Assembly: GCA_026936335.1 (NCBI GenBank)
Contig: JAPMXV010000034.1
Location: 675,906 to 739,905 of the forward strand
DNA: 64,000 nt
Reading direction: 5' to 3'
Source: Mantamonas sphyraenae STR306
Taxonomy: Eukaryota > Protista > CRuMs
Below the pieces are notes generated by a model. That model was not told the DNA's origin. It saw nothing but the letters and a program-made list of their open reading frames with translations, and searched no databases. Of this stretch, positions 33,576 to 43,713 are shown piece after piece (position 1 is the stretch's first letter; every line of letters begins with the position of its first letter). The translations under genes and the position numbers were made by a program.

Positions 33576-34508
33576 TCAGGCTTTGTCGGCGGCGTAGTCT
33601 GAGGAGCGCTTGCCAGCAGGAAGCAGACCGCACTTGGCACACAATCCAAGGTTGCGCAAGAGGGTAAACACAGATACAAAGGCCCAGATGCCGATAAAGA
33701 CGGCGACGACGGCGTTTGAACCGGCGCCGGCGGCGCCTTCGTTGGCGCTGTCGAAGCGAAGGGCGAAGGAGCCCGAGGTGCTGACAAAGGCGTTGGTGGC
33801 TTGGCCACTGCGGCACATTTCGTATGCGCAGGCACCGCCGGGGAACGGGCCCGTGTAGTCGACGTTGCTGAGCTCGTTCGTGCAGATTCGGCAAACGCGC
33901 TTGTCGCAGATGCCTGTGGAAGGAGATGGACAGACGCGCGTGGGCAACGGGGTAGTAAAGGCACATGGTGGATGGATGGGAGACGTCAGCGACTGCGTGG
34001 AGGGTGCGGGAAATGGGCAGGGACAGGGGAGAATGGAGAGCGCGCGCGCCTCCTGCGCAAGCTCGGTTTGGGGCAACGTACCAGCCCACAACAGGCGCCT
34101 GGTGTTGTTGCGTGCATCAAAGGCGATCTTGCCACAGAAGGTATGGTCGTTGACACCGCGTACGACGCGTTGCCAGGCGTTTGTGATTGTGTCTGCGCCG
34201 GCGTAAAACGACGTGCAGGGGCGGTTGAGAATCTCCGACTCGAGCGGGATGCAAACGCCATACTGGTCATCGGCAGGGTCTGTGTTGCAATAGGAACCCG
34301 GAGCGCAGTCACAGCTGGAGGAACACTGCCTGCAGACTGTACGCGGGGCCGAGGAAGCAGATTGGACGAGGAGACAGTGAGGAGTGGGCAAACCCGAAGT
34401 CGTGTCGAGCACCGACTTGCAGTCGTTGGGCACAGTGCATGGCGTTTCCTGTGCGACCAACACAGATGCCAGCATGAGCACAAGAAGTGCAAGCGACTTT
34501 GAGGACAT
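33576..34508 (-). CDS. Cys-rich type I membrane protein, family copy 1 (intron 33914-34081)
   Basis: Signal peptide, C..C..CDC.PG.YC..C pattern, C-terminal TM; paralogous to the genes at 51311 and 38738. Confidence 0.75.
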   Translation of the reverse strand: MSSKSLALLVLMLASVLVAQETPCTVPNDCKSVLDTTSGLPTPHCLLVQSASSAPRTVCRQCSSSCDCAPGSYCNTDPADDQYGVCIPLESEILNRPCTSFYAGADTITNAWQRVVRGVNDHTFCGKIAFDARNNTRRLLWAGTLPQTELAQEARALSILPCPCPFPAPSTQSLTSPIHPPCAFTTPLPTRVCPSPSTGICDKRVCRICTNELSNVDYTGPFPGGACAYEMCRSGQATNAFVSTSGSFALRFDSANEGAAGAGSNAVVAVFIGIWAFVSVFTLLRNLGLCAKCGLLPAGKRSSDYAADKA

Positions 34509-34588
34509 GCTCTGGGTGATTGGGTTGGGGGCGACAAGGCTCCATTGCGTTTGCGTGCTCGCTCCACGCTTTCTCTCGCCACAGCAGC

Positions 34589-35841
34589 TCAGTTGCGGGG
34601 CTTGCGGCCCTTTCGACCCTTGACGAGCATCTTGGGCTCGTCAGCGCTGGGGTCGACCGACGAGCTGCTGCCACCGCAGCAGCAACTGAGAAGAAAGAGG
34701 ACGAGAAGGGTCGGGGGCAGGTAGACAAAGATGGCGTCCGCGAGGAGGGAGCTGTGAGGACGCAATTGCTCGTTCTCGTTCATGACACCCTCCAGACGCT
34801 GGCGCTGCTCGTTGAGCTTGACGACGGCCTGTTTCACCTGCGGGTGTGCGAGCAGCATGTCGATCTGCTCGCGAGCAAGCTGGACACCCTGTTCGGCACC
34901 CTGCTCGGCCTTGCGGCAGGCCTCGATGATGGCACTGTCCTTCTTTTCGGCGTGTTCCTGGGCGGTGGCCTGGGCGGAGGCCAGCTGCTGCTGCAGCTTG
35001 GCAATCTCAGTCTGCTGCTGCGTGTTCTCGCTCTGCAGCTGGGCAACCTTGTCTTGGGCCGTCTTGGCCTCGGCCACGGATGCTGCCTGCTGAGTCTGTG
35101 CCTGCTGCACCGATTGCTGCAGTTGCTCCATGGCATTCTTGTGTGTGATGTCGGCCTTGGCCTGGGCGCCCTCGGCGGCGACGAGCTTGCTCTTTTGCTC
35201 GTTCAGCTGCTTCTCCAGAGACTGCACCTGCACCTTTGCGCTCTCTGCCTCCTTGTTGATGCCAGAAAGGGTGGCTTGGCATTGCTGTGCCGACTGCTGC
35301 GCCATGTTGGCTTCCTGGGCGGACTGTTCAGCTTGTGTTTTGGCGTCGCGCAGTTCGGCGCCCAGGTTCTCCACCGTTTTCAGGCACTCGCTGGCCTGGG
35401 CCTTGACCACGTCCAGCTCTAAGTGGTCGCAGAAGGGCGTCGTACGCAGTGTTGGTGAGGATGGAGAGAGTGGGAAAGGCGGCATGTGTCAGCAGCTCTG
35501 TGGGCAAGTGGAAAGCGTGTTTCCGGACCGCGCGATTTCGGCGCGCGTGCAGCTGACCTTGCTTGAGCGCGGCGATCTGCGCATCCTTGGCCTTGGCGGC
35601 CTCCTCAGCGGCAGCAAGGGCCGCCGAAGCAGCGGCTGCGTCGGCTGGGCGGCAAAATGGAAGTGTGGCCATGTCAGTACGTGCGGTGTTGGTGGAATGC
35701 CTGGAGGGCACCGAACGCACCGTTGTTGCTCTCTTGTGCCTGTGCGTCTGGGGCAACGGCCTCGGCAGCCTGCTCGTCGGCCACACATGTAGCCACAAGG
35801 GCCAACAGGGAAAGAACCAGTGCAATGTGTGCTTTGTTCAT
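34589..35841 (-). CDS. Signal peptide + long coiled coil + C-terminal TM protein (multi-exon)
   Basis: ATG 35841 MNKAHIALVLSLLALVATCVA; Ala/Gln heptads; TM AIFVYLPPTLLVLFLL. Two introns inferred at ~35420-35720. Confidence 0.65.
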
Positions 35842-35856
35842 TGTGGGATTTCCTGG

Positions 35857-36588
35857 TCACAGCTTCGCTCGAAGTCGCCGCACTTTTCGTCTGTCCAGGA
35901 TGCGAAAGTCCGGCTCCAACCCTTGGATGGTGTGGCCTTGTGCGTGACTCTTGTGTGTGCTGCCTGCACTGAGGTGGAGGAAGCGTACGGCGGGCAAGTG
36001 TTGGACGGTGTCCGCAGAGACGCCGGAGCCGGCCATGAGCGTCAGCGGAAGGCTGTGATTGTCGATGTAGCGCTGCATGGCAGCCAGTGTGTCGGCGCCC
36101 TCGTGGCTCGAGTCTCGCTGACCTGAGGACAGGACGGTGTCGACGGCAGGGACGGCCGCCAAGGTCTGCAGCGCTGCTTTCCAGTCGACGCAGACGTCCA
36201 AGGCACGGTGAAACGTGACCTTGTGCGATATGAACGCCTGGCTCAATACATACAGCACAGCGTCTTTGTCTACGGCGCCTTGCGAGGTGAGGATTCCAAG
36301 AACCACACCGTCTGCGCCAAGGGCAATGGCATGCTTTGCATCCTCCACCATTTGCTCCAACTCGTCCTGTGAATATACAAAGTCGCCTGAACGCGGGCGG
36401 AGCATGACGCGAACCTCGATGCCGCGTGGAGAGGCCAGGGAGACGGCGGCCTTGATCAGCGCGTGACTGGGCGTCAGTCCTCCAGCCTGCAGAGCACTGC
36501 AGACTTCGATACGCTGCACACCTGCTTCAACTGCGTTGTGTAGCGATCGAATGTGATCGAGGCACACCTCGATGCCTGGTTGTGACAT
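35857..36588 (-). CDS. CUTC: CutC family TIM-barrel protein
   Basis: IEVC..RIEVCSALQAGGLTPS..MLRPRSGDFVY..GADGVVLG..TFHRALD..LSSGQ. Confidence 0.92.
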   Translation of the reverse strand: MSQPGIEVCLDHIRSLHNAVEAGVQRIEVCSALQAGGLTPSHALIKAAVSLASPRGIEVRVMLRPRSGDFVYSQDELEQMVEDAKHAIALGADGVVLGILTSQGAVDKDAVLYVLSQAFISHKVTFHRALDVCVDWKAALQTLAAVPAVDTVLSSGQRDSSHEGADTLAAMQRYIDNHSLPLTLMAGSGVSADTVQHLPAVRFLHLSAGSTHKSHAQGHTIQGLEPDFRILDRRKVRRLRAKL

Positions 36589-36675
36589 GGAAAACAGTGC
36601 TGGGCGTGGAGCTTCGGATGGTGGAGGGTTGGGTTGGGCGAGAGGGTGACAAGGGAGAAGAATATGTGTGTGTGT

Positions 36676-37293
36676 TCATGTGCTGGTGTCGTCGCTGTTG
36701 GATTGGGGTTGTGCAGTGGTTTCGATTTCTGGCGAGCAGGCGTCCACTTGTTTGGCAAACTCGTCGCGGTTGGCGAGCCAGACATCCCGGGCGACAATGG
36801 ATTCTTTGTCGACAGCAAGATCCAGGGCAAGGATGCCGTCGAGATGGTCGATTTCGTGCTGCAGGAGCTCGCTGACGTCGGACGGGAGCTGGGTCCACTC
36901 GTGCTCCTCGCCGGTGACATCCATCCAGGTCACGGAAATGGACGTCCAGCGGCGCACCTTGACCAACAACCACGGGAAGCTCATGCAGTCATCCCAGAGG
37001 GTGAACTGCTCGTCGCTGTGCCAGGAAATGGTGGGATTGAGCATGACAAACGAGTCGGTTCCGCCAAGGTGCTCTGCACCTGTCCCGGAGGTGTTGATGG
37101 CCACAAAGCGGCGCTCAAAGCCCAGTTGGGCAGAGGCTGTGGCACGACCAAAGCCGTGCTGTTTGCGAAAGGCGTTGAGGGCGTCGAGGATTTCGTCCAA
37201 CTCCTCGGCAAGGTCTTTGGACGCCAGCTCATCCTTTGTCACGTCGCGGCACATTCTACGAAGGCGAGGATCCCCCACAAGGAGGATGGGCAT
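36676..37293 (-). CDS. PDF: Peptide deformylase-like protein (variant motifs)
   Basis: ILLVGDPRLR; motif 1 GRATASAQLG; motif 2 WDDCMS; motif 3 QHEIDHLDG. Confidence 0.85.
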   Translation of the reverse strand: MPILLVGDPRLRRMCRDVTKDELASKDLAEELDEILDALNAFRKQHGFGRATASAQLGFERRFVAINTSGTGAEHLGGTDSFVMLNPTISWHSDEQFTLWDDCMSFPWLLVKVRRWTSISVTWMDVTGEEHEWTQLPSDVSELLQHEIDHLDGILALDLAVDKESIVARDVWLANRDEFAKQVDACSPEIETTAQPQSNSDDTST

Positions 37294-37376
37294 GTTTTGT
37301 GGGAGCGTGTGGGAGCGTGTGGTGGTTTGTGATGGGTGTCGATGCGGGGGTTTGGGCAAACAAACCCAGCCCAAGC

Positions 37377-38681
37377 ATGCAGGAGCTGTCGACATGGAAG
37401 CTGCTGTGTCTAACCAGCTGCTTCCTGGGTATCCAGGCTACGTTTGCAATCGAGTTTAGCCGGTTCACAGCCATCTTCCAGTCGTATGGGGTGCCCGAGA
37501 GTGTGTTGTCGTTGGTTTGGCTGGCCGCTCCGATGAGTGGGCTGATTGCACAACCTCTGGTTGGTCACTACTCGGACATCTGTCGATCGAAGCACGGGCG
37601 GCGGCGGCCGTTTATTGTTGGAGGGATGGTGGCCATGGTTTTGGGCTTGTTGCTGATGGCGTTTGCGCGCGACCTGGGAGAGTGGCTGGGCGGGATGCAG
37701 GTGGCTATTGGCCTGAGCGTGGTGGCGTTTTGGCTAATCGACCTGAGCATCAACACGATGCAGGGCCCGTGCCGTGCGCTTTTGGTGGATCTTGCACCGC
37801 AGACGCAACAAGCACAAGGCTCGGCCTTTTTTTCGATCATGATTGGCATTGGCAACACAGTGGGCTTCCTGTTTTCCTTTATCGACCTCGGGGTGTACGA
37901 GATTCAGATTCTGTTGAGCATGGGCATCGCCCTGCTGATTCTGTTCACGCTGCCAACGCTGCTGGTCGCCACGGAGAAGCCTCTGCGGGACACCCAGACC
38001 GCGGGCAACAGCGGTTCTCCGTTGAGAGACATCGCATACGCCATCTATACCATGCCCGGTTCGCTGCGCAAGTTGTGTGTGGTGCAATTCTTCACGTGGA
38101 CGGCGTGGTTTCCGTACATTATGTACATGAGCAGCTTTACGGCGATCAACATCTATGGGGGCAGTGCGACGGCGGCGATAGGCAGCACTGAGCGTTCTCT
38201 GTACGACAGTGGCGTGCGGTTTGCATCGCTTGCAATGGCTGCGAATGCGGTGGTGGCAACGCTGTACAGCTTTGTGCTGCCGCGTCTGATTGCACGATTC
38301 GGTGTGAAGCCCATGTTTGCACTGGGAAACGCAGCATTTGGGTTGTGCATGCTGGGCACAATGTTTGTGACGAGCCCGGCTGAGGTGGCCGCGCTGATTG
38401 TGTGTTGTTCTGTGGGCTGGGCAACGGTGATGGTGTGTCCGTTTACGGTGCTGGGCGAGATTGCAGGCAGCAACGGAGGCATCTATGTGGGCGTGCTCAA
38501 CGTGTTTATCTGTCTGCCGCAGATCATTGTGAGCGCGGTGATGGGCGCGATCATCGAGTACATCGGCGGCGGAAACCAGCTGGTGGCGTTGGTGATTGGA
38601 GGCGTGTCGGCACTGGTCGGCGCAGGGTTTGTGTTTCGGTTGGAGACAGACGGGTTTGAGTACCGGGCTCTGGATGAGTAG
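37377..38681 (+). CDS. MFS sugar transporter, SLC45/SUC-SUT family
   Basis: WLAAPMSGLIAQPLVGHYSD.CRSKHGRRRPF, QGPCRALLVDL, GVLNVFICLPQ; about 12 TM helices. Confidence 0.9.
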   Translation: MQELSTWKLLCLTSCFLGIQATFAIEFSRFTAIFQSYGVPESVLSLVWLAAPMSGLIAQPLVGHYSDICRSKHGRRRPFIVGGMVAMVLGLLLMAFARDLGEWLGGMQVAIGLSVVAFWLIDLSINTMQGPCRALLVDLAPQTQQAQGSAFFSIMIGIGNTVGFLFSFIDLGVYEIQILLSMGIALLILFTLPTLLVATEKPLRDTQTAGNSGSPLRDIAYAIYTMPGSLRKLCVVQFFTWTAWFPYIMYMSSFTAINIYGGSATAAIGSTERSLYDSGVRFASLAMAANAVVATLYSFVLPRLIARFGVKPMFALGNAAFGLCMLGTMFVTSPAEVAALIVCCSVGWATVMVCPFTVLGEIAGSNGGIYVGVLNVFICLPQIIVSAVMGAIIEYIGGGNQLVALVIGGVSALVGAGFVFRLETDGFEYRALDE

Positions 38682-38737
38682 GGGGGGGGGGCGGTGCGGT
38701 CAGCAAACCAACCAAAGCGAGTAAAACAGCAAGTACG

Positions 38738-39791
38738 ATGTTGAGGAAGAGCCTTGTGGCAGCTTGCGTGTTGCTGGGGATGCTGGTGATGCAGAGCGTC
38801 GCACAGACAACGTTTGTGACACCATGCACGGGCGTGAGTGCGGAAAACTCGTGCACGAACAAGGAGCAGCCATACTGCATGGACATTTCGCCGATGGGCA
38901 AGGCGCCCGTGATGCGATGTGTGGAGTGCCGCGATATGTGCGACTGCGCGCCGGACCAGTACTGCAACCTGGACCGCAGCAAGGGAGAGCAGGGCAAGTG
39001 CTTGCCGTACGAAACGACCATCGAAGGCACTGCGTGCACCGCGACCGTGACGGATGGCGACCCGAAGAATGTGCAGAAGGACATCGACGGTAGCATGTTC
39101 TGTGGCAAGCTGGTGTACGACGCGCGCGGGTATGGCAGGCAGATCCTGTGGAAGGGCGTTTGTAAGTTTGGCGCGCGTTTGGGGCAGCACAGGCCCCCCT
39201 TGGGCAGAGGGAGAGTGGACGGACATCGCTTGCGGGACAGGGCGCATACGAATGCATGTTTAGGCGGCGCCAATGAGGAGTGGGATGGTGTGAAGGGCAG
39301 GGAAGAGGGAAGGGACAGGGAGAAGGGTGAGGGGAGGGAAAGCGCGGGCAGCAAGCGCAGACTCGCGCGTTGCGTGGGCCGAAGTACAGAGCGGTCCGGT
39401 GTGAGGAAGGGCTGGGAAGAAACAGAGATGGACGATGGGGTGGGCGGGTAGGGCGTGTAAACCATGGCTGACACGTGGGGCGTCGGTGTGCGTTGTGAAT
39501 CCGGGAATCACTACGGCAGGTGTGCGCAACCGCTGCCAGGTGTGCGGGCTGAACAACGAGAAGGAGAGTGTGTGCTCCTCGCATGTGATGAGACAGGTGA
39601 TTGCATCGCGGCCGCAGCGCTATTGCGAGAACGGGAAATGGGTAGACCAGCTGGGCGAACCGCAAACACGGTACACGTCCATCGACTTGACACGCTCCAC
39701 GGACTCTGTGGAGGCGGCAGGCGAGACGCTGGTGGCAGTGTTTTTGGCCATTCTGGCCGTGGCGCAGAGCATGCTGATGTGCAAAAAGTGA
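38738..39791 (+). CDS. Cys-rich membrane/GPI protein, divergent third paralog (intron 39162-39519)
   Basis: CVECRDMCDCAPDQYC, DGSMFCGKLVYD..ILWKGVC|VRNRCQVC; same Cys skeleton as the 33576 and 51311 genes. Confidence 0.72.
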
Positions 39792-39872
39792 GCGAGCGCA
39801 GGCAAAACCAAAACAAACAAAGAAACACCGTCCTTGGCGTGGACAAAAGCATCGTAGGCGACGATTGCAGCT

Positions 39873-41133
39873 ATGAGTGGGTGTGACAGTGCATGCAGTG
39901 CTATCCGGGATGCGTTTTGTGACCGGGGTCGCTGCTGGTGTCTGCGCCACTACCCAGGCTGCACGGGTTTGTGGGCCGAGTGGCTGGAGCCTTGGTTTTC
40001 TGTGAAGCAGGTGGTGCTGCTGGTGATGCACGCGATACTATTGTGCATGATTGTGCACCGCGGCCACCTGTTCTGGAGCAAACACCTGCAGGGGCGTTCT
40101 GGCGTGGAGCCCTTGATCAAAGGACGGTTCGCGCTTCACTTTCCGCTGGGATTCATTGCGCTGGAGAGGGTGCTGTTCTTTGCAATCGATCCGTATGCAG
40201 GAAAGGGCCAGATTTCTGCAGTAGCGGGCTCTGTTCTTTACGGGCTTGGGCTTTGGGGGGTTTTCGCCACGTATGCCATCGTGGTTTGGCTTTTCGTGCA
40301 TACGGCACACATGACACAGATTGACCTGTCGCGTATGAAGCGACAAGACGAGACGGTAGCGATGCGAGTGTCGTCCGGGTTGCTCTACGCTGGGATTCCG
40401 GTGTTTTTGGCTGTGGAGCTGACGGTGCGGCTGCTGTGGGTGGATCCTGGGTTCGATCCGGTGAAGCCGCTGTACTATGTGTTTATCATTCTGTGTGTGC
40501 TGTTTGTGGGAGGCTGGGTGGTGGTGCTGGGACTGCAGATTCGCAAGCAGCTGGCCCAGCACGCGGCCACTTCTGTGTCGGACAACAACAGCACGAAAAC
40601 CAACAACGCGCTGCGCAAGATCTACAATCTGTCTGTGGCTTCGACGCTGTGCATTGTGATCAACACCGCCACGGTGGGGATGTGGGTCGGGTATGGTGTG
40701 CCTTTTTTTGTGCGGAGAGGGCAAGTCGCCGGAGGTGAGTGTGCTCTGGGGAAGGGAACTGACACACGGAGCCGCGGGGAAAATGATGCACGGCAGGCTG
40801 GCCCCTCAGGGGCCGACGCCATGGCTGCTGTTCCAGACCTTCTGGCGGTTGTTGGAGGTGGCGTTTGTGTGCATCGCGCTGCACTACCTGTGTCCGCGAG
40901 GGTTGTGGTTCTACCTGACAGGAGGGCGCAGTGTTGAGTGGCATATGTGTGGAACGAGTGACGAGTTGTCTGAGGCGGAGTTGAATCGGCTGCGGCAGCG
41001 GCGTGAAGAATCGACTTGCTTTTGCTGCTCGCCAAGCACGACATCGAGCATGGGAAGCGGCACGTCAGGAACCAACTCGTCACCAGGGAACAGTGGAGCG
41101 ATAACCAATAGCGTGTCGACGACGCGGGAGTGA
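39873..41133 (+). CDS. Multi-pass (about 7 TM) receptor-like protein with Cys-rich N-terminus, copy A (intron 40691-40796)
   Basis: CDRGRCWC N-terminus, hydrophobic helices, ERV.F.IDPY, FQTFWRLLE; splicing restores the frame. Confidence 0.7.
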
Positions 41134-41185
41134 TGAGTGATGACGGGAGGGGAAGACCTGGGAAAGCGCAAATGGAAGCACGCAA

Positions 41186-42350
41186 ATGTCCAGCAATTCC
41201 ACGGGCTCAGGGTGTGTTTGCCCGGTGGCAGTGGATGCGTTTTGCAGCACAGTCAACTCGCCGACGTCCCAGCCCGTCTGCTACTGTCAGGCGCCAAAGG
41301 CGATGGGTGGCGGGTGTGAAGCAAACTACCCGACGTTCTTGGAACCGTGGTGGACGCTGTTGCAGACGTTGTTTGTGGTGGGACACGTGTACTTGATGTG
41401 CGCCTTTGTCCATCGCACGGTTTTGTTTTATCGAAAGTCGTGGGTGGAGCACAAGGACGACACACTGGTTCGGGCAAGGCTGGCGCCTGCACTGCATCCT
41501 GATCTTCATCAGCGTTGAACGGGTTGTGTACTTGCTGGTGGATCCGTATCGTGTCAACGAGCTGCTTTCGAAGGAGTTTGACTCGGTGCTGTATGGCCTG
41601 GCACTGTGGGGTGTGTTTGTGACCTATTCGATCGTGCTTTACATTTTTGTGCAAACGGCGGAGCTGATTGCTTCCCCAACCACGCGGCGCGATGAGAAAG
41701 AACCAATGCGCGTGTGGCTGTCGCGGTGGAATGTGATTGTGGGCACTGTGGTGTTCCTGGGTATGGAGATGAGTGCGCGGCTGATGTGGCATGACTTTGA
41801 GATTGTTCGCCCGCTTTACTTTTCCTATGTGAGTGTGTTTGTCCTTGTGATTGGTGGCTCCACTACGGTCATGGCTGTGCGCATCCGTAAGCACCTGGAG
41901 GACCACAAGGTGATGTCCGCGTCGTCCAATCGAGCGACGACAAACGCGCTTTTTAAAATCAACACGCTGGCGCTGTCGATCACGGGCCTTGTGCTGCTGT
42001 ATATAGTTTCTGTGGTGTCGTACTTTGCCGTGGAAGACGCGGATAAGAGACCAGTGTCGTGGTTTGTGTTTCAGTGCTTCTGGCGCATCCTGGAGCTGGC
42101 CATGTCGAGCGTGGCGCTGCACTACTTGTGCCCACATGGCATCCGCTACTACATGTCAGGAGGGCGTAGTGCACACTGGAAGTACTGTGCCACGAAAGAT
42201 TTGCTCACGGAGGAGGAACTGGAGGAGAACCGCAGGTCGCGGGAAATGTCACCGATGGAAAGAATGCGACACTTCTCCCGGGCAAACAGTGGGCTGTCGG
42301 TGACGAGTTCGACAGGTTCGTCGGCCGGGTCTGAGACAGGCAGATTGTGA
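41186..42350 (+). CDS. Multi-pass (about 7 TM) receptor-like protein, tandem copy B; +1 frameshift at ~41486
   Basis: Colinear with copy A (LEPW, ERV..VDPY, VLYGL.LWGVF.TY, FQ.FWR.LE, ALHYLCP.G). Removing one C gives ARLALHCIL, matching GRFALHFPL in copy A. Confidence 0.68.
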
Positions 42351-42386
42351 GAACGGGAGGGGTAAATGAAAGAAAGTGCATTGCGT

Positions 42387-43658
42387 CTAGGCCGTCTTGG
42401 AGTCGGGCTGGCCGTGGATTTGGAGGCGGGGCGGCAGCGATTCGCGATCGACACGGAGGAGGAGGATGATGATGGCGGCGTGGCATAGGGCAATGATGGA
42501 GGAGCTGAGAGTGGTGGGCGGGTGCACCTCCCAGGTGAACATGGTAAAGAGAAAGAGGATGAGGCGGAACACAGGGTGGCCTGCACGAAGGGTCCAGAGG
42601 AGGTAGGGGAGAGTAGGGACGTACCAGACGGTAAATTGAAAGTGGAGAGAGCGTGCAAAGGCCACGCCGACCATGTTGCTGGCAAAGAGGAGGGCAGCCA
42701 TGTAGTCAGGGTTGAGGCGGACGTTCTGGCCGGGCAAGGCTTGCTTGCGGAAGGCGGCGTGCTGTTCGCGGTTGGAGGCGACATCGAGGAGACCCCAGCG
42801 GCGGGCAAGGTAGAGGAGGGTGACGACATGTCCGAGAAGGAGAAACAGGGCTGTGGTCTTGCTGTAAAAGAGAGACTCGGGGAGGAAGTTCCAGTTGATG
42901 GACCAGGGCTGGTCAAACTGGCGGGAAAACTGAAAGGCACGTGAGATATAGGCGACAGGATCGACAAGGAGGAAGGGTGCAGCGAGGAGAAGCTGCACGA
43001 TAGCACAGAGGGCGATGTACTGGACGGCACCGAGGAGGCCAAACTGGAGAAGGAGGAGTGCAAAGAGCCCCGGAGCAAAGAGGAGGACATTCATCTTGAT
43101 GGAGACGGCGAAGGAGTAGAGAATGCAGCCAAGAGCCCACCTGTGGCGAAGGAGAAGGAGGATGGCAAGGTAGGCGCAGAACATGCTTACGGCGTCGTTG
43201 AAGAGACCGGCTATGTAGATGCCGTGCATGCGACGACTGATGATGAGAAGGATGGGTAAATAGGCAGGAAGGCGAGATGTAGCGTGGTAGATGGAGAGAT
43301 GGACAGCCTGGGAGGCCAGGTAGAGGACAAAGAAGATGCGCTGAGCAGCAAACCAGTCGGAGCCGTCACGGGTGGCCCATCGGAGAAGGGTAAAGACATA
43401 GATAAAGCCCGCAGGGTAGACGCAGGGGCCGGTGCGTCCGTGGAGCTGTGTGTACACGCGCTCTCCGGCCTCGACCATGCGTGTCTGGGACATGTACGCG
43501 TCCCAATCAAAGACGACAAACTGCTCGAACTTGAGGCTCAGGGTGCAGACGAGGAGCTCGCCAAGGACAAAGAGGACGGTGACGAAGCGTTGGTTGATGA
43601 GTGGGTGGCCACGGTCGATGAGGAGGGAGACCTGGCGGAAGAGGGAGGCAAAAAACAT
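42387..43658 (-). CDS. ALG3: Dol-P-Man alpha-1,3-mannosyltransferase ALG3
   Basis: DWDAYMSQ, TGPCVYPAGF, LFND, SIKMNVLLFAPG, AFQFSRQF..WSINWNF, ARSLHFQF. Confidence 0.93.
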   Translation of the reverse strand: MFFASLFRQVSLLIDRGHPLINQRFVTVLFVLGELLVCTLSLKFEQFVVFDWDAYMSQTRMVEAGERVYTQLHGRTGPCVYPAGFIYVFTLLRWATRDGSDWFAAQRIFFVLYLASQAVHLSIYHATSRLPAYLPILLIISRRMHGIYIAGLFNDAVSMFCAYLAILLLLRHRWALGCILYSFAVSIKMNVLLFAPGLFALLLLQFGLLGAVQYIALCAIVQLLLAAPFLLVDPVAYISRAFQFSRQFDQPWSINWNFLPESLFYSKTTALFLLLGHVVTLLYLARRWGLLDVASNREQHAAFRKQALPGQNVRLNPDYMAALLFASNMVGVAFARSLHFQFTVWYVPTLPYLLWTLRAGHPVFRLILFLFTMFTWEVHPPTTLSSSIIALCHAAIIILLLRVDRESLPPRLQIHGQPDSKTA

Positions 43659-43713
43659 GGGCTGGCGGGAGTGTTTGTTGGGCGGGCGGGCGCTGACGGG
43701 TGCAAGGAGAAGC

